In this document: positions 46,125-56,777 of the stretch, in pieces
Layout of the letters: every line of letters starts with the position of its first letter
Position numbering within the stretch: the first letter of the stretch is position 1
Source: an uncultured Candidatus Saccharibacteria bacterium
GTDB lineage: Bacteria > Patescibacteriota > SICC01 > CAYSOT01
Direction of reading: 5' to 3'
Assembly: GCA_964432765.1 (NCBI GenBank)
Contig: CAYSOT010000002.1
Coordinates: 38,220 to 102,219 of the forward strand
Length of the DNA: 64,000 nt
The notes under the pieces: model-generated
Seen by the model: the letters and a program-made list of their open reading frames with translations, nothing else
Told to the model about the DNA's origin: nothing
Database searches by the model: none
Program-made: the position numbers and the translations under genes

Positions 46125-47433
46125 GATTTCCTCCTTGCTGCTTAACGCCGAGCGTTACTGCAACCAGCGCTAACCACGGAGCAAGAATTAGTACATAGAG
46201 AACCGTGTTGTTAAGAAATGACCCGAACAGCCAGGCCACAGTGAAACACATTAGACCCGTGGCAACCCAACGGTAAGATGACAAGCTATCGCGAGACGCC
46301 CTCCAGAGTCGAACCAAAACAGTGCCCATAAAGAGCGTAAATGCGGCGAGTCCAATAATACCGGTTGTCGCCCAAATATTAAGTATTGAGCTGTCTGAAC
46401 CATTTGCCGAATGCTTTTCGAGACGATCACCTGCAGCAAGGTTTTCTTTCACGAGTGCTGCTCCATACGCATTGTAACCAACGCCGGTAATTAAGTGCGT
46501 CTTGGTTAGAGACCAAGCTTGCTGCAATGAATAAATCCGATTCGAGCCGCTTTCATCGCATTTTCCTCCTGTTTTTGCAGCGTCACATCGATATCCTTCT
46601 GGCTTATAGTTTTGTTGATTCGCGAGCTGCTTGGTTTCCGAGAATCGGTCGCTTAACCGTGAGGGAACAAAAAACGCCGCGATGAATATCAGTCCGACCA
46701 AGAGCGCCCAGCGCATGGACCTGAAAAAGACGAGCCCTGTTACGGCTATCGCTCCGACCACCCACGCACTTCGTGAGTATGTTAGGAACAAGGCTACCCA
46801 GGACACGCCAAACACCGCAGCATAAGGCCACGCCTGTCCACGATGGGCTGCAAACGCGCGACCCAAGGCAATACACATAACAAGTACCAAGAAAACACCA
46901 TAGAGGTTTGGATCGAAGAACGTCGAAAGCAGGCGGCCAATATGAGGATCCCAACCGTATCCGGTCATGAATATGAAATTTCCGACAAAAACCAACTGCC
47001 AAAACCCCAGCAGGACCGTAGCGGCCCCGACATATACGAATCCTTCGGTAAGGGCCTCGCGATACCTCTGAGAATCAAGCGCCAGAAGCGCGCCAAAGAT
47101 CACAATTGTTGCGAGCCTAAGCGCGTAAGCCCCGGCAGAGACGACTTCGTGGGAAGTGTAGTCGCCGCTATTAATTGCCAGTGCCAATACAGCCCAAGCG
47201 ACAAACCCAAAAAGTGATACCCACATGACATCACGGAAGATCGGGCGCGTTGATCGACGATCACGAATTAGCCAAAAGACCAGCGCTAGGCTGAGACTCG
47301 CAAGGGCCAGATCTATCAAAATCAACGATCCGCTGCTAGAACCAGCCGATACTCGAAATAACTGACCCGCTGCTACTGAGCCAAGAAATGCACCGGCAAC
47401 GAGCGATTGGCGTGAAATGCGAAGCCCAAACAT
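46117..47433 (-). CDS. O-antigen ligase / Wzy_C-domain membrane protein
   Basis: RLLSTFFDPN, TYSRSAW, GVGYNAY, DSSILNIWATTGIIG. Confidence 0.87.
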   Translation of the reverse strand: MFGLRISRQSLVAGAFLGSVAAGQLFRVSAGSSSGSLILIDLALASLSLALVFWLIRDRRSTRPIFRDVMWVSLFGFVAWAVLALAINSGDYTSHEVVSAGAYALRLATIVIFGALLALDSQRYREALTEGFVYVGAATVLLGFWQLVFVGNFIFMTGYGWDPHIGRLLSTFFDPNLYGVFLVLVMCIALGRAFAAHRGQAWPYAAVFGVSWVALFLTYSRSAWVVGAIAVTGLVFFRSMRWALLVGLIFIAAFFVPSRLSDRFSETKQLANQQNYKPEGYRCDAAKTGGKCDESGSNRIYSLQQAWSLTKTHLITGVGYNAYGAALVKENLAAGDRLEKHSANGSDSSILNIWATTGIIGLAAFTLFMGTVLVRLWRASRDSLSSYRWVATGLMCFTVAWLFGSFLNNTVLYVLILAPWLALVAVTLGVKQQGGNRG

Positions 47434-47451
47434 ACATCCATTCTAACCAAT

Positions 47452-48543
47452 TCAGCGCGCGGGAGGGGCGATAGACGCCAAGATCTCAACTATTTGCTTG
47501 GTAGCGCTATCCCACGAGAACTGAGCAGCGCGCTTTACGCCGGCCTTGCTAAGCACGCGCCTCTTTGTATCACTCTGCCATGTTTCATTCATCTTCGCTG
47601 CCAAGACTTTTATCTCGAGCGGTGAGGCAAATACGGCGCCATCGGCTGCTACTTCTCGCAGGGCTGGAATATCAGAACAAACTACGGGTGTTCCTGTTTG
47701 TAGTGCCTCGAGCACCGGTAGTCCAAATCCTTCGTAAAGACTGGGGTATACAAACATTCGTGCTGCTTGAAGCAATGAAACTATGTCCTCTTCAGGTACG
47801 TAATCAAGGTGTCGTATATCAAGCCCTCTATCCCGAGCCTTCTCAAGAGCGTTGATTACTGGTTCTGTTTCCCAACCGAGCTTTCCAACTATAACCAACG
47901 GTGCGCCGATACTCGCCATTTCGTACGCAGCGATGAGCCGTTCGTAGTTCTTTCGGGGCTCAATTGTTCCAAGCGACAAGACAAAATCTGTTGGTAGGTT
48001 GTACTTACTACAAATCTGGTTCGTGTCGTCTTTTTCACTAGCCGGCCTAAATTGCGGACCAGCCGCTAAGGGAACAACATGAACCTTCTCGCCCAGATCC
48101 TTTCCGTAGCGTGCAAGTAAGTCATTTTTTGTGGCCTCGGAATTAACGGCGATTGCAGCAGCATATTTAAGGGCTCTCCCGAGAGCAAGCCGTTCGATAA
48201 TTCGGGCACGGCGCTGTGGGGCAGCTTCTCTGCGAAAGGCGATTAAGTCATGCACAAATAGCAGTGTTGGTATACGCATGAATTGTGGGGTGAGGTAGCT
48301 CGTCGGTGCAAAATATACATCACAGTTTTTTAAAGCATCTCTCGCCACGTTTCGGTGCCAACGGAGGCTTCTCCCTGGTATAACCGTAAGACCACGCTCT
48401 GACTGCGCCGTATCAACATCAGCGTAATAGCGCAGCTTAAGCTCTGGATAATCAGACCGTAGGCGCGGCAGAATCTCTGCCGTCAAGCGTCCTTTGCCAG
48501 CTGGACGACCAAGTGTTTCTCGAACATCAACGCCGACGATCAT
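47452..48543 (-). CDS. Glycosyltransferase family 4
   Basis: MIVGVD, GTIEPRKN, PSLYEGFGLPVLEA; start moved to 48543. Confidence 0.93.
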   Translation of the reverse strand: MIVGVDVRETLGRPAGKGRLTAEILPRLRSDYPELKLRYYADVDTAQSERGLTVIPGRSLRWHRNVARDALKNCDVYFAPTSYLTPQFMRIPTLLFVHDLIAFRREAAPQRRARIIERLALGRALKYAAAIAVNSEATKNDLLARYGKDLGEKVHVVPLAAGPQFRPASEKDDTNQICSKYNLPTDFVLSLGTIEPRKNYERLIAAYEMASIGAPLVIVGKLGWETEPVINALEKARDRGLDIRHLDYVPEEDIVSLLQAARMFVYPSLYEGFGLPVLEALQTGTPVVCSDIPALREVAADGAVFASPLEIKVLAAKMNETWQSDTKRRVLSKAGVKRAAQFSWDSATKQIVEILASIAPPAR

Positions 48544-49663
48544 GGTGTCTCTTTGCTCCTGCAGCGCGATAGGCTTCCAGGGTCTTTTGGGCCGTTTCGC
48601 GCCAGGTGAATTGTTTTGCCCGTTCGCGCCCCGCACTCGAAAGCCTTTGGCGAAGCGGTGCATCTTCAAGCAGTCTTCGCAATGCATTTCCAAGCGCTTC
48701 GGTATCTTCTGGATCAAAATAGAGAGCCGAGCCCCCACCAACCTCAGGAAGAGAGGCGGCACTCGAGGCAAGCACGGGCGCGCCCGAAGCCATTGCCTCC
48801 AGAATAGGAATTCCAAATCCTTCGTAATGGCTAGGAAAGACAAACGTTTTTGCACCTGCGTAGAGCGCACGCAGGTCGCGATCGGAAACGGCGCCGGTTA
48901 AAATCACTCGCGAACCAAGTCCTAGTTTTTCAAGGAGCTGTCTTGTTTCATCAAATAGCCACCCTTGGTTCCCCACAACGACTAATTGTTCTGTGGTGTG
49001 ACGCCTAATGGCAGCAAATGCGAGCAGGAGGGTTCTGAGGTTTTTCCGTGGCTCAAGCGTTCCGACAGATAGTAGGTATTCACCGTCGATTGAATAGGTG
49101 TCCTTAACTCGGGAAATATCCTCCGGAGCAACCGGCTCAAAAAACCTCTCTCCACAGCCAAGCGGCGTAGTGACAATCTTTTCTTTCTCTCTCGGAAAAT
49201 GCTCTGCGATTGCTTCTGCCGTAAATTCCGAAACGGCAAGTATCTTGCTTGCGGCTCGCAAGGTTTCGGGCACAAACTTCGTTAAATAATCGAGGTTCTT
49301 AGGTTCGACATAATCAGGGTGCTCGATAAAGGTTAGGTCATGCACCGTCACCACAAATGGCTGTTTAGTTGGGGGTGCCACGTAGTTCGTAAAGTGCCAA
49401 ACGTCTGGCTTTGGCCGCATCCAGTCAAGCGGTGGGGCACCAAATGTCTTCCAGGATAGTTGCCAGGCTCGGCGATACCACCCGCCAAACGGATCAACAT
49501 GCGAATTCGTAGTCCCTACATCAAGTGGCGATCCCCAAAAGTGAAACATGTCCTCCTGGTCAATCGCCAAGAGGGCTTTTGCCAGTGATTCAATGTAGGT
49601 CTTCGTCCCACCAGTTGCTGGGTACTCTACCCAGCGCGTGTCGATCGCGTATGTTGCTGCCAT
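48527..49663 (-). CDS. Glycosyltransferase family 4
   Basis: TVHDL, GTLEPRKN, PSHYEGFGIPILEAMA. Confidence 0.93.
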   Translation of the reverse strand: MAATYAIDTRWVEYPATGGTKTYIESLAKALLAIDQEDMFHFWGSPLDVGTTNSHVDPFGGWYRRAWQLSWKTFGAPPLDWMRPKPDVWHFTNYVAPPTKQPFVVTVHDLTFIEHPDYVEPKNLDYLTKFVPETLRAASKILAVSEFTAEAIAEHFPREKEKIVTTPLGCGERFFEPVAPEDISRVKDTYSIDGEYLLSVGTLEPRKNLRTLLLAFAAIRRHTTEQLVVVGNQGWLFDETRQLLEKLGLGSRVILTGAVSDRDLRALYAGAKTFVFPSHYEGFGIPILEAMASGAPVLASSAASLPEVGGGSALYFDPEDTEALGNALRRLLEDAPLRQRLSSAGRERAKQFTWRETAQKTLEAYRAAGAKRHHDRRR

Positions 49664-49674
49664 ATAGTCCTATT

Positions 49675-50805
49675 CTACGCGACGATTCGCTCAAGCAGCT
49701 CATCAAAACGATTGGCGGTGGCTTGCCATGTCCAATGGCCCATCGTCTTTCGTCCCTGTTTTCCGAGTTGTGCCCTTAGTTTTGCATTGTCGATCAATTT
49801 TTCTAACGCACTGGCAAATGCTCCTTCATCGCGCTCAACCAAAAATCCTGTGCTGCCATCGACTACTGTTTCTGCTAAGCCACCTTCGTTGACGGCCACA
49901 ACCGGCGCCTCGGAAGCCATCGCTTCGAGTGCAACTAAGCCAAGAGGCTCTTCATATTGCGCGGCTGCAAAAATCATTGCCCTGCCATAGAGGTCAGTAA
50001 TCTCAGAAAATGGAATTGCTTGCCTAAGATCAAGTTCCACATCAGCCAAAACGGCAAGCGATTCAAGGTGTTGGCCGTAGTCTCCCCGGTCGCCGACCAC
50101 AACCAGTCTGGGGCGTTTCGATCGAGGAATTCGCGCCAGAGCAGCTATCACGAACTGGTGACCCTTTGCAGGATGAAGCGCCCCGACCGAGAGGACAAAA
50201 TTATCTCGCTTCTTGGCGGGTGTGAATGTCGCTGAATCAACACCTCCGTAAACAACCTCTGAGGAGACTCCGTAAATTCGCCTTAGGTTCGCCTGAGTAA
50301 AATGAGAAGTAGTCGATACAAGCGAAGCCGCGCGGATTGAAGCGAGGTCAAATTTGCGCCTTCGTATATTGAGCGGCTTTGTAGCGATTTTTTTGAGTCG
50401 GTCTTTTGCCGAGACCATAGCTTGTTTGTCATACACTTCTCGAAGATATTCGGGAGCAAAGTAGAGCGTTGGAATTGTGATGTGTTTTAGTGGTTCAGGA
50501 GCTTGGGTTACCTGGCTAGCATGAAGAAAAGCGGCGTCAAACCCCCCGTTATTAATCTGATTAGCAATCTCTTTAGCAACACCCGAAACGGCCGCGAACT
50601 GCCTGTACCGAGACGCGAGCGAGGTTGCCGATGGAAGAAAAGTTGAGATCCTATCAGCTCTCTTTAAGAGCGATTGATCGAGACTAGCTGCGGTGGTAGG
50701 TGTGAATAGGGTAATTTCGTGCCCAGCCGTCGTGTGTCGAAGGTATTCTTCCAGTAAACGTAGTGCGCCTCCACTTGGAAGGTTGTGGTAAAGAGCGAGC
50801 TTCAT
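49675..50805 (-). CDS. Glycosyltransferase family 4
   Basis: HNLPSGGA, KGH, EPLGLVALEAMA, GGLAETV; start by ATGA coupling. Confidence 0.9.
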   Translation of the reverse strand: MKLALYHNLPSGGALRLLEEYLRHTTAGHEITLFTPTTAASLDQSLLKRADRISTFLPSATSLASRYRQFAAVSGVAKEIANQINNGGFDAAFLHASQVTQAPEPLKHITIPTLYFAPEYLREVYDKQAMVSAKDRLKKIATKPLNIRRRKFDLASIRAASLVSTTSHFTQANLRRIYGVSSEVVYGGVDSATFTPAKKRDNFVLSVGALHPAKGHQFVIAALARIPRSKRPRLVVVGDRGDYGQHLESLAVLADVELDLRQAIPFSEITDLYGRAMIFAAAQYEEPLGLVALEAMASEAPVVAVNEGGLAETVVDGSTGFLVERDEGAFASALEKLIDNAKLRAQLGKQGRKTMGHWTWQATANRFDELLERIVA

Positions 50806-51776
50806 GAGGTTCTCCCCGTGTGCCAATCGAGAACTTGCTTATATAGCGTGCGCTGATTGCGGGCTGCACGAGCTAAACTACCCCGCCTATACCGAGCGCT
50901 TATCCTTGTGGGCAACAGCAGGAGCGTTGCGAGCCCGACTATCAGGATAGAACCAGCGCAGGCTATCGCCTTTTGTACCTTTACGTAGAAAGGACCGTGA
51001 TATTTTCCGTAAAACGCGTACAGGCTCGGAAAATAGTGTGAAAATCTCTTGGTCAGAGTGCCTGCCTTGTCGACACTACCACCCCAGTGGTGAATGACTT
51101 CCAATTCCGGCAGATACCTAATTTTGTACCCGGCTCGCCTGACACGCAGATTAAAATCGGTTTCTTCTAGAAAAAAGAAGAACCTTTCATCGAGCGTTCC
51201 GATCTCTGTAAGCAAACTACTACGGAACGCGAGGCAGGCTCCAATTGCATCGCCGACAGATTGAGGATGTGCCATTTCGGAGGGTGTAAGCAACAGTTTC
51301 CCGGGATACCTTTTGCGGGGAAACAATCGATAGAGCAGCCGGTTGAGCAGTGTGTACTCATAGAGTGAGGTCAAAATTGTCGGCTCAGTCCAAGCAACAG
51401 AAGCCTGCACTTCGCCCTGCCCGTTGATCAGCCGTGGCGCGACGATACCAACTTCCGGATGCTGCACAAGGTAGACACCTAGAGACTCTAGGGTGGTCTT
51501 TGAGGGAAGCTCTGTGTCGCTATTGAGCATAACGACAACATCTCCTGAGATTCGCTCAAATGCCTGGTTGTTTGCAGCAGCAAAGCCTAGATTGTCATCG
51601 TTTTTTATCAAAATGACACCCTTGTAGTCTCGCTCTACCAATTCCGGGCTTCCGTCCTGCGAGCCATTGTCGACAACGATTATTTCTGGCTCAGGGGTTT
51701 GGGCAAGAACGGTTTCGAGACATGCACGAAGTAGCTCTTTGGTGTTGTAAGAAACAATAACAACAGATGTTTTCAT
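50802..51776 (-). CDS. Glycosyltransferase family 2 (rhamnosyltransferase-like)
   Basis: VVIVSYN, VDNGSQDGS, NLGFAAANN, LNSD, DERFFFFLEETD. Confidence 0.92.
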   Translation of the reverse strand: MKTSVVIVSYNTKELLRACLETVLAQTPEPEIIVVDNGSQDGSPELVERDYKGVILIKNDDNLGFAAANNQAFERISGDVVVMLNSDTELPSKTTLESLGVYLVQHPEVGIVAPRLINGQGEVQASVAWTEPTILTSLYEYTLLNRLLYRLFPRKRYPGKLLLTPSEMAHPQSVGDAIGACLAFRSSLLTEIGTLDERFFFFLEETDFNLRVRRAGYKIRYLPELEVIHHWGGSVDKAGTLTKRFSHYFPSLYAFYGKYHGPFYVKVQKAIACAGSILIVGLATLLLLPTRISARYRRGSLARAARNQRTLYKQVLDWHTGRTS

Positions 51777-52891
51777 GCGTTTTCATAGATGTGGCGCAGC
51801 TTCGATGCAAGGGCAGCTGCGCTTCTGGTCTGCTCCATTGTAGCTCGAGCCGCCTGACCAAGCGATGCGCGAAGCCTCTTGTCGCGCATTAGGTGCGAAA
51901 GCTCGTCAGCCAGCGCTTGAGCGTTGCCAGCAGGAAACTCGAGTGCTGTTTTTCCAACAACAATGTCTTGGCGAAGTGACGGCACGTTTGAGCAGATCGT
52001 TGGGGTGCCGCTACTTAGCGCACGGATCAACATTCCGCTGGCCGCACCTCCGAGCTGTGGCTCGTACGGCAAAACAGCAACACTGCTCTCACAAAATGTT
52101 CTCAGCAACTCTTCTTCTGAAAGATATCCTGGCAACTCAACATCGGTGGCGATTCCCAATTGATCAAGCTGAGCTAGAAGTGGCTTCTGGCCATACTGGG
52201 GGTCCTTTCCAACAATATGCAGCTTGAGAGCTTGGCCGGGCTGCTGCATGCGTAGGAGGCGGAATGCCTCAAGTAACGTCTCGAGTCCTTTATGTGGCCC
52301 TATAAAACCGGCGAAAAGTATGTGAAAAGCGTCATCTCGCTCTCTACGTTTTCCACTTGGAAACGCCACATGTGGTACCACCTGGGATCCTGAGATACCC
52401 CATACTTCTTCCAAGTCCCTTCTGCCCCGTAGGCCAAGCACGATGGGCGTTGCAGCCCTGAGAAGGCGTCTGCGTTGAGCTCTGCCATAGTGCTCATCCA
52501 AGATGCGTCGCGCTATTCTGATTGGGCGAGGCTTTGTCTCAAGATTCAAATAGCGATAGGGTCTGTGGACTATTTCGCGGGGCTCGTGCAGCGTCACCAC
52601 AAGCGGTACTTGGGCATAACGTCTTAGTGCTTGGGCATAGAAATATTCACGGTACGTGGCGTGGGCAAGCTCCAGATGAACCAATGAGTACTGTTTGTAG
52701 CGTCCGGTGCGAGTTTCATGGCGCACGTTTCTCCAAATGTCGCGAACTTCTTGCTTGCTTGGCATGCTGACTGGAAAAAATTGATTATCAAAATCGCAGA
52801 CCTCGGAGATGACTTTCCGAAATTGAATTGCGTAGTCAGCAATGCCTCCCTCTTCCCCGGGCCTTGGAGCTACATAGAGAACTTTTTTCAC
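51773..52891 (-). CDS. Glycosyltransferase family 4
   Basis: GGIADY, TLHE, GFIGPHKG, LPY..ASG; GTGA coupling at 52891. Confidence 0.88.
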   Translation of the reverse strand: MKKVLYVAPRPGEEGGIADYAIQFRKVISEVCDFDNQFFPVSMPSKQEVRDIWRNVRHETRTGRYKQYSLVHLELAHATYREYFYAQALRRYAQVPLVVTLHEPREIVHRPYRYLNLETKPRPIRIARRILDEHYGRAQRRRLLRAATPIVLGLRGRRDLEEVWGISGSQVVPHVAFPSGKRRERDDAFHILFAGFIGPHKGLETLLEAFRLLRMQQPGQALKLHIVGKDPQYGQKPLLAQLDQLGIATDVELPGYLSEEELLRTFCESSVAVLPYEPQLGGAASGMLIRALSSGTPTICSNVPSLRQDIVVGKTALEFPAGNAQALADELSHLMRDKRLRASLGQAARATMEQTRSAAALASKLRHIYENA

Positions 52892-53874
52892 TCGACCTCT
52901 TTGATGAGTCGCGACTTCCACGGATAGCCGCGGCGAAGCAGTTTTCTAAACTCAGCGGCGGTAATCTTTCTGGTTTTAGCGACCTGGTGGTGCGCCACGA
53001 TGGTGCGCGGCCACGCGATGATAAACGAACCTAGCCCACGCAGATATGCCCATCCGTTCCCGTTTCTAACTTGATGCAACGCAAACCGCGCCTGATGAAA
53101 CAGTAATTTTGGAAAAAGTTTTATCATTGTGGTGTACGGCAGGTTTTTCCAAAGCAACACAAGCTGATTTCTGGTCATATTTCGAACTGTAAATGGCGAA
53201 GTTCTGCCCGACGTGCCTGCTCCAACGTGATACACCTTTGCTTTGGCTGCGAGATAGCCGCGGTATCCAGCCAAATGAGCACGCAGGCACAGATCAGCAT
53301 CCTCGTAATAAAAATAGTATCGTTCGTCCAGGCCGCCCAGAGCCTTCCAGACAGTCCTTGGCACTAGTAATGCGCCCCCGCAACCGATTAGCACCGGAGC
53401 ATCATCTTCAAATTGCCCCTCATCGATGGTGTCCTTTCCGCGAGGATAGTCGACTCCATATTCGTAAAGGTCCTTCCCTGCTTCATCGATCAGCTCACGA
53501 TTGTCGTAGTGGAGCATCTTTGTGGCCACGAAACCTAAGTCCTGCCTTGAATCTGCGAGCAATGTCAGCTCCTTAAGCCAACTTGTGTCTGCCTCGATGT
53601 CATTGTTGAGAAGCGCCAAGTATTTTCCGTTTGCACCTGCTGCAGCGATATTTACAGCCTTGGCGAAACCTTCGTTGCGCGGCAGGGCTATGGTGCGAAC
53701 GTTTGGCCATTTCTTTAAAAACACAAGTGAATCGTCTTCCGAACCATTGTCTATGACGATCGTCTCAAAATCCTGAAAAGTTTGGTTCTTGAGCGAAGGC
53801 AGCACTATTTCCAGAAATTTTCGCCCGTTCCAGTTCGGAATGATAACGCTTACTTTCGGCGCAGCATGTTCCAT
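52888..53874 (-). CDS. Glycosyltransferase family 2
   Basis: VIIPNWNG, DNGSEDDS, LLNND, GGLDERYYFYYEDAD. Confidence 0.92.
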   Translation of the reverse strand: MEHAAPKVSVIIPNWNGRKFLEIVLPSLKNQTFQDFETIVIDNGSEDDSLVFLKKWPNVRTIALPRNEGFAKAVNIAAAGANGKYLALLNNDIEADTSWLKELTLLADSRQDLGFVATKMLHYDNRELIDEAGKDLYEYGVDYPRGKDTIDEGQFEDDAPVLIGCGGALLVPRTVWKALGGLDERYYFYYEDADLCLRAHLAGYRGYLAAKAKVYHVGAGTSGRTSPFTVRNMTRNQLVLLWKNLPYTTMIKLFPKLLFHQARFALHQVRNGNGWAYLRGLGSFIIAWPRTIVAHHQVAKTRKITAAEFRKLLRRGYPWKSRLIKEVE

Positions 53875-55193
53875 GGTTTGGTAACTACCTTTCTGGCTAC
53901 TGCGCCAGGCCCCTGGTTTGCAACTATTGACCGAACTTCATTTGGCCAAGACCGACGAACAGCCTTGCGGATGCCTTTAAGGTCTGGGGCTGATGATTGC
54001 TTCGGTAATTTTTCGAGATAAGACACGAGTGGCAGAGCCGCCTTTTCCCAAGTAAGGTTACGCGCAAGTTTTTCAGCACTTCTAGCACTTCTAGTGCGCA
54101 ACGCAGAATCGTCAACGAGTTCCTTAATTGCTTTAGCGAGCTGCTGTGGTTGCTGCGGAGGAACAACCAGTCCTGCCCTAGCATCAGACACGGCGTCTGC
54201 CAAAGTATCACCAGCTGTTGTTACCGTTGGTAGTCCGGCCCAGAAATAATCGAGTAGTCGCGTCCGAAATGCATACTGTGTCTCAAGATGATCAAAGTGC
54301 GTTGAAATACCAATTGAAGCTTCAAGTAAATAGTTGTGTCTCTCCTCGTAGGGAATCCAGTCATGGTTGATGATCACCACATCTTCAAGCTTCTCCTTCG
54401 CAACAAATTTGAGGGTATCCTCTGTAGCGCGTCGGCCTTCTTCGGGAATTGCTGGTGGCCTACCAACCCCCATGAAAAATAGTTTTATATCTTTTCGTTG
54501 CTTCTTAATAATGGCCATTGCTTCAAGTGCTGTCTTTGGATCAAACCAGTTCCATATGCCACCACCCCACAGCACGACATGATCCCGCGGGCCGATTCCT
54601 GGCCAAACTCCTTTTAGAACCTGTTTTGTGTGTTCTGGGTGCTTGGAGGAGACGCCGAACGGAACAGTGACGATGGACCTGCGGTATCCGGGGTCTTCTT
54701 GGTAGCGCTCGGATGAAAACAGCCCCGACATCATCATTCCTCCCAACCATAAGTCTCGCTGTTTTTCAGAGGCACAAAGGATTAGGTCAGCAGCCATTAT
54801 TTCTGTTTTAAGCATTGTTAGTTGGTCTCGCTTTGCTTGCGACGACTGTTTGCTCTGATGCGCCTCAAGCATTTCTAGTGGCGCTGGGTCATATAAATCG
54901 AGCACGAGTCGAGTTCGTGCCTTGAGTAGTTTGGGTAGAATACGTGGATATATATACTGGGCGATACACACATCAACAACCGAAAGCTCGCGGAGAATTT
55001 GCTGTAGGTTGCCTCTGGAAAATGTCCGTAGCTCTACCCCTGCCATATCCAGCGTTGAGCCTTCGGGAGCAACTATCCGAACATCTGCTACCCCCGACAG
55101 AACGCGAGCCAGCTCGACAACGCGAATAGCCGGTCCGGCCATCTTTTGGCCAATGTGCTCGAGCGTAAAAAACGCGACAGTCTGGCGCATCAA
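53850..55193 (-). CDS. Glycosyltransferase, GT-B fold (family 4-like)
   Basis: MAGPAIR, DLYDP, WGGGIWNWFDP, RTRLLDY..AGLP. Confidence 0.85.
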   Translation of the reverse strand: MMRQTVAFFTLEHIGQKMAGPAIRVVELARVLSGVADVRIVAPEGSTLDMAGVELRTFSRGNLQQILRELSVVDVCIAQYIYPRILPKLLKARTRLVLDLYDPAPLEMLEAHQSKQSSQAKRDQLTMLKTEIMAADLILCASEKQRDLWLGGMMMSGLFSSERYQEDPGYRRSIVTVPFGVSSKHPEHTKQVLKGVWPGIGPRDHVVLWGGGIWNWFDPKTALEAMAIIKKQRKDIKLFFMGVGRPPAIPEEGRRATEDTLKFVAKEKLEDVVIINHDWIPYEERHNYLLEASIGISTHFDHLETQYAFRTRLLDYFWAGLPTVTTAGDTLADAVSDARAGLVVPPQQPQQLAKAIKELVDDSALRTRSARSAEKLARNLTWEKAALPLVSYLEKLPKQSSAPDLKGIRKAVRRSWPNEVRSIVANQGPGAVARKVVTKPWNMLRRK

Positions 55194-55885
55194 TCCTCCA
55201 GGCGCGCTTCGGCAAGCAGCCGGAAGTAGACACGTGGTTTAATCAGGCGGAGATTATCCGCGAGTCGATAGGCGTAGAAAAGTGGCCTTGGTAATAGTTT
55301 TGCGACGATGCTCCGATCCCAGTTTTCAATCTGGGCAACGCTTACATAGGGGAAGTGCCCGGCCAACAACTCGCGCAGCGACGTTTTGGTGAAAAAGTTC
55401 TTATGATCAACTTCGAGGTTGTGACTGAAGGTAACGGGCGCGGGATCGAAAGAAAACGTACAGTTGGGAACGCTGATGATTACGTTTTTCGCAGTTACTC
55501 GACGGATTTCTGAAAGCAGCTTTTCTGGCTCTGGAACATGCTCGAGAACCTCAAATAAAAAGGTTGTATCAACGGCGTTATCGGCAAGCGGAATCTTTTG
55601 ACCGTCAAAGTGGGCTGCGTTTACACCGAGCTTCTTGGCAATCGCAACATATTCTTCGTTAACATCGAGCGCCTGAACTTTGCACCCGTCGTCTTGTAGT
55701 CTCTTTGAATAGCCACCTGTGCCACAACCGAGGTCTAAGATTTTCGAACCGGCGTGTTCTCGAACGTACGCCAACAGGTTTTCATCGACAATTGCCAATG
55801 GATCAACTCCCGTATACCACTCCGTGGTGTCGCGTGGACCCTTCGGCATTTCTGTTGCTAACTTCTTCTGCGTCTTTGTTGTCAT
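55190..55885 (-). CDS. Class I SAM-dependent methyltransferase
   Basis: ILDLGCGTG, FEVLEHV, SVPN; start moved to 55885. Confidence 0.9.
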   Translation of the reverse strand: MTTKTQKKLATEMPKGPRDTTEWYTGVDPLAIVDENLLAYVREHAGSKILDLGCGTGGYSKRLQDDGCKVQALDVNEEYVAIAKKLGVNAAHFDGQKIPLADNAVDTTFLFEVLEHVPEPEKLLSEIRRVTAKNVIISVPNCTFSFDPAPVTFSHNLEVDHKNFFTKTSLRELLAGHFPYVSVAQIENWDRSIVAKLLPRPLFYAYRLADNLRLIKPRVYFRLLAEARLED

Positions 55886-55904
55886 CGTCTTAATTGTTTC
55901 AGGA

Positions 55905-56777
55905 TTATTGCTGCTTTGCCACCTGTGGTACGTCATCTGTGAGCACCCCTCGATCTCGAAGGTACTCAATCAAGCCCTCTTCCCATGATAATAGGCCTGC
56001 GCCGAGAGACCTGGCGCGAGAACTATCTAAAGAGCTTCTGGTAGGGCGCTTGGCTGGCAAATCGTATTCTGCTGCAGTTGTCTTTTCGAGCACGACGGTG
56101 GAACCAACAAGTTCCGCGAGCTTTCGGACGAATTCATACCTGCTTACTTCCCCTTCTGCGGCAAGGTGATAAAGTCCGGCAGCACCCAAATCGAGCAGGC
56201 GGAGCGCACCACGAAGATAATCTCTTGAGTAGGTTGGTGAACCATATTGATCAGAGACGATCGAGAGCTTCTCTCGCTCTGCAAAGTACTTAAGCATTGT
56301 TGAGGCAAGGCTTTTTCCATGTTGCGAGTAAAGCCAACAAACTCGGGTGACGAGCGCTTGAGGATGTACATCCAGCACCGCTTCTTCGCCTGCAAGTTTT
56401 GTCTCTCCGTAATAGTTAATTGGCGTTGCTTTATCCGCTTCGATATACGGAGAGCCTTTTCGACCATCGAATACGTAGTCCGTGCTTGGAAAGAGCAGCG
56501 CTGAGCCTGTGTTTGCGGCTGCCTCTGCGACATTGCGCGCCCCCGTGACATTGACCTCAAAGGCAGCGAGGCGGTCGGTTTCGGCCTGATCAACGTGTGT
56601 GTATCCGGCTGCGTGAATCACAAGATTTGGCTTTTCTGCTTCGATGTCTCGCAGAACTGCCTCGCGATCTGTTATATCCAGATCAACGTGAGATCTACCG
56701 ACAACCTCATCATCGACGAGCGTTTCAAAAACTTCTTGGCCGAGTCCGCCACCTGCTCCGGTCACGAAGACTTTCAT
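55905..56777 (-). CDS. rmlD: dTDP-4-dehydrorhamnose reductase
   Basis: VTGAGGGLG, STDYVFDG, YGETK, DQYGSPT, AKRP; start by ATGA coupling. Confidence 0.95.
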   Translation of the reverse strand: MKVFVTGAGGGLGQEVFETLVDDEVVGRSHVDLDITDREAVLRDIEAEKPNLVIHAAGYTHVDQAETDRLAAFEVNVTGARNVAEAAANTGSALLFPSTDYVFDGRKGSPYIEADKATPINYYGETKLAGEEAVLDVHPQALVTRVCWLYSQHGKSLASTMLKYFAEREKLSIVSDQYGSPTYSRDYLRGALRLLDLGAAGLYHLAAEGEVSRYEFVRKLAELVGSTVVLEKTTAAEYDLPAKRPTRSSLDSSRARSLGAGLLSWEEGLIEYLRDRGVLTDDVPQVAKQQ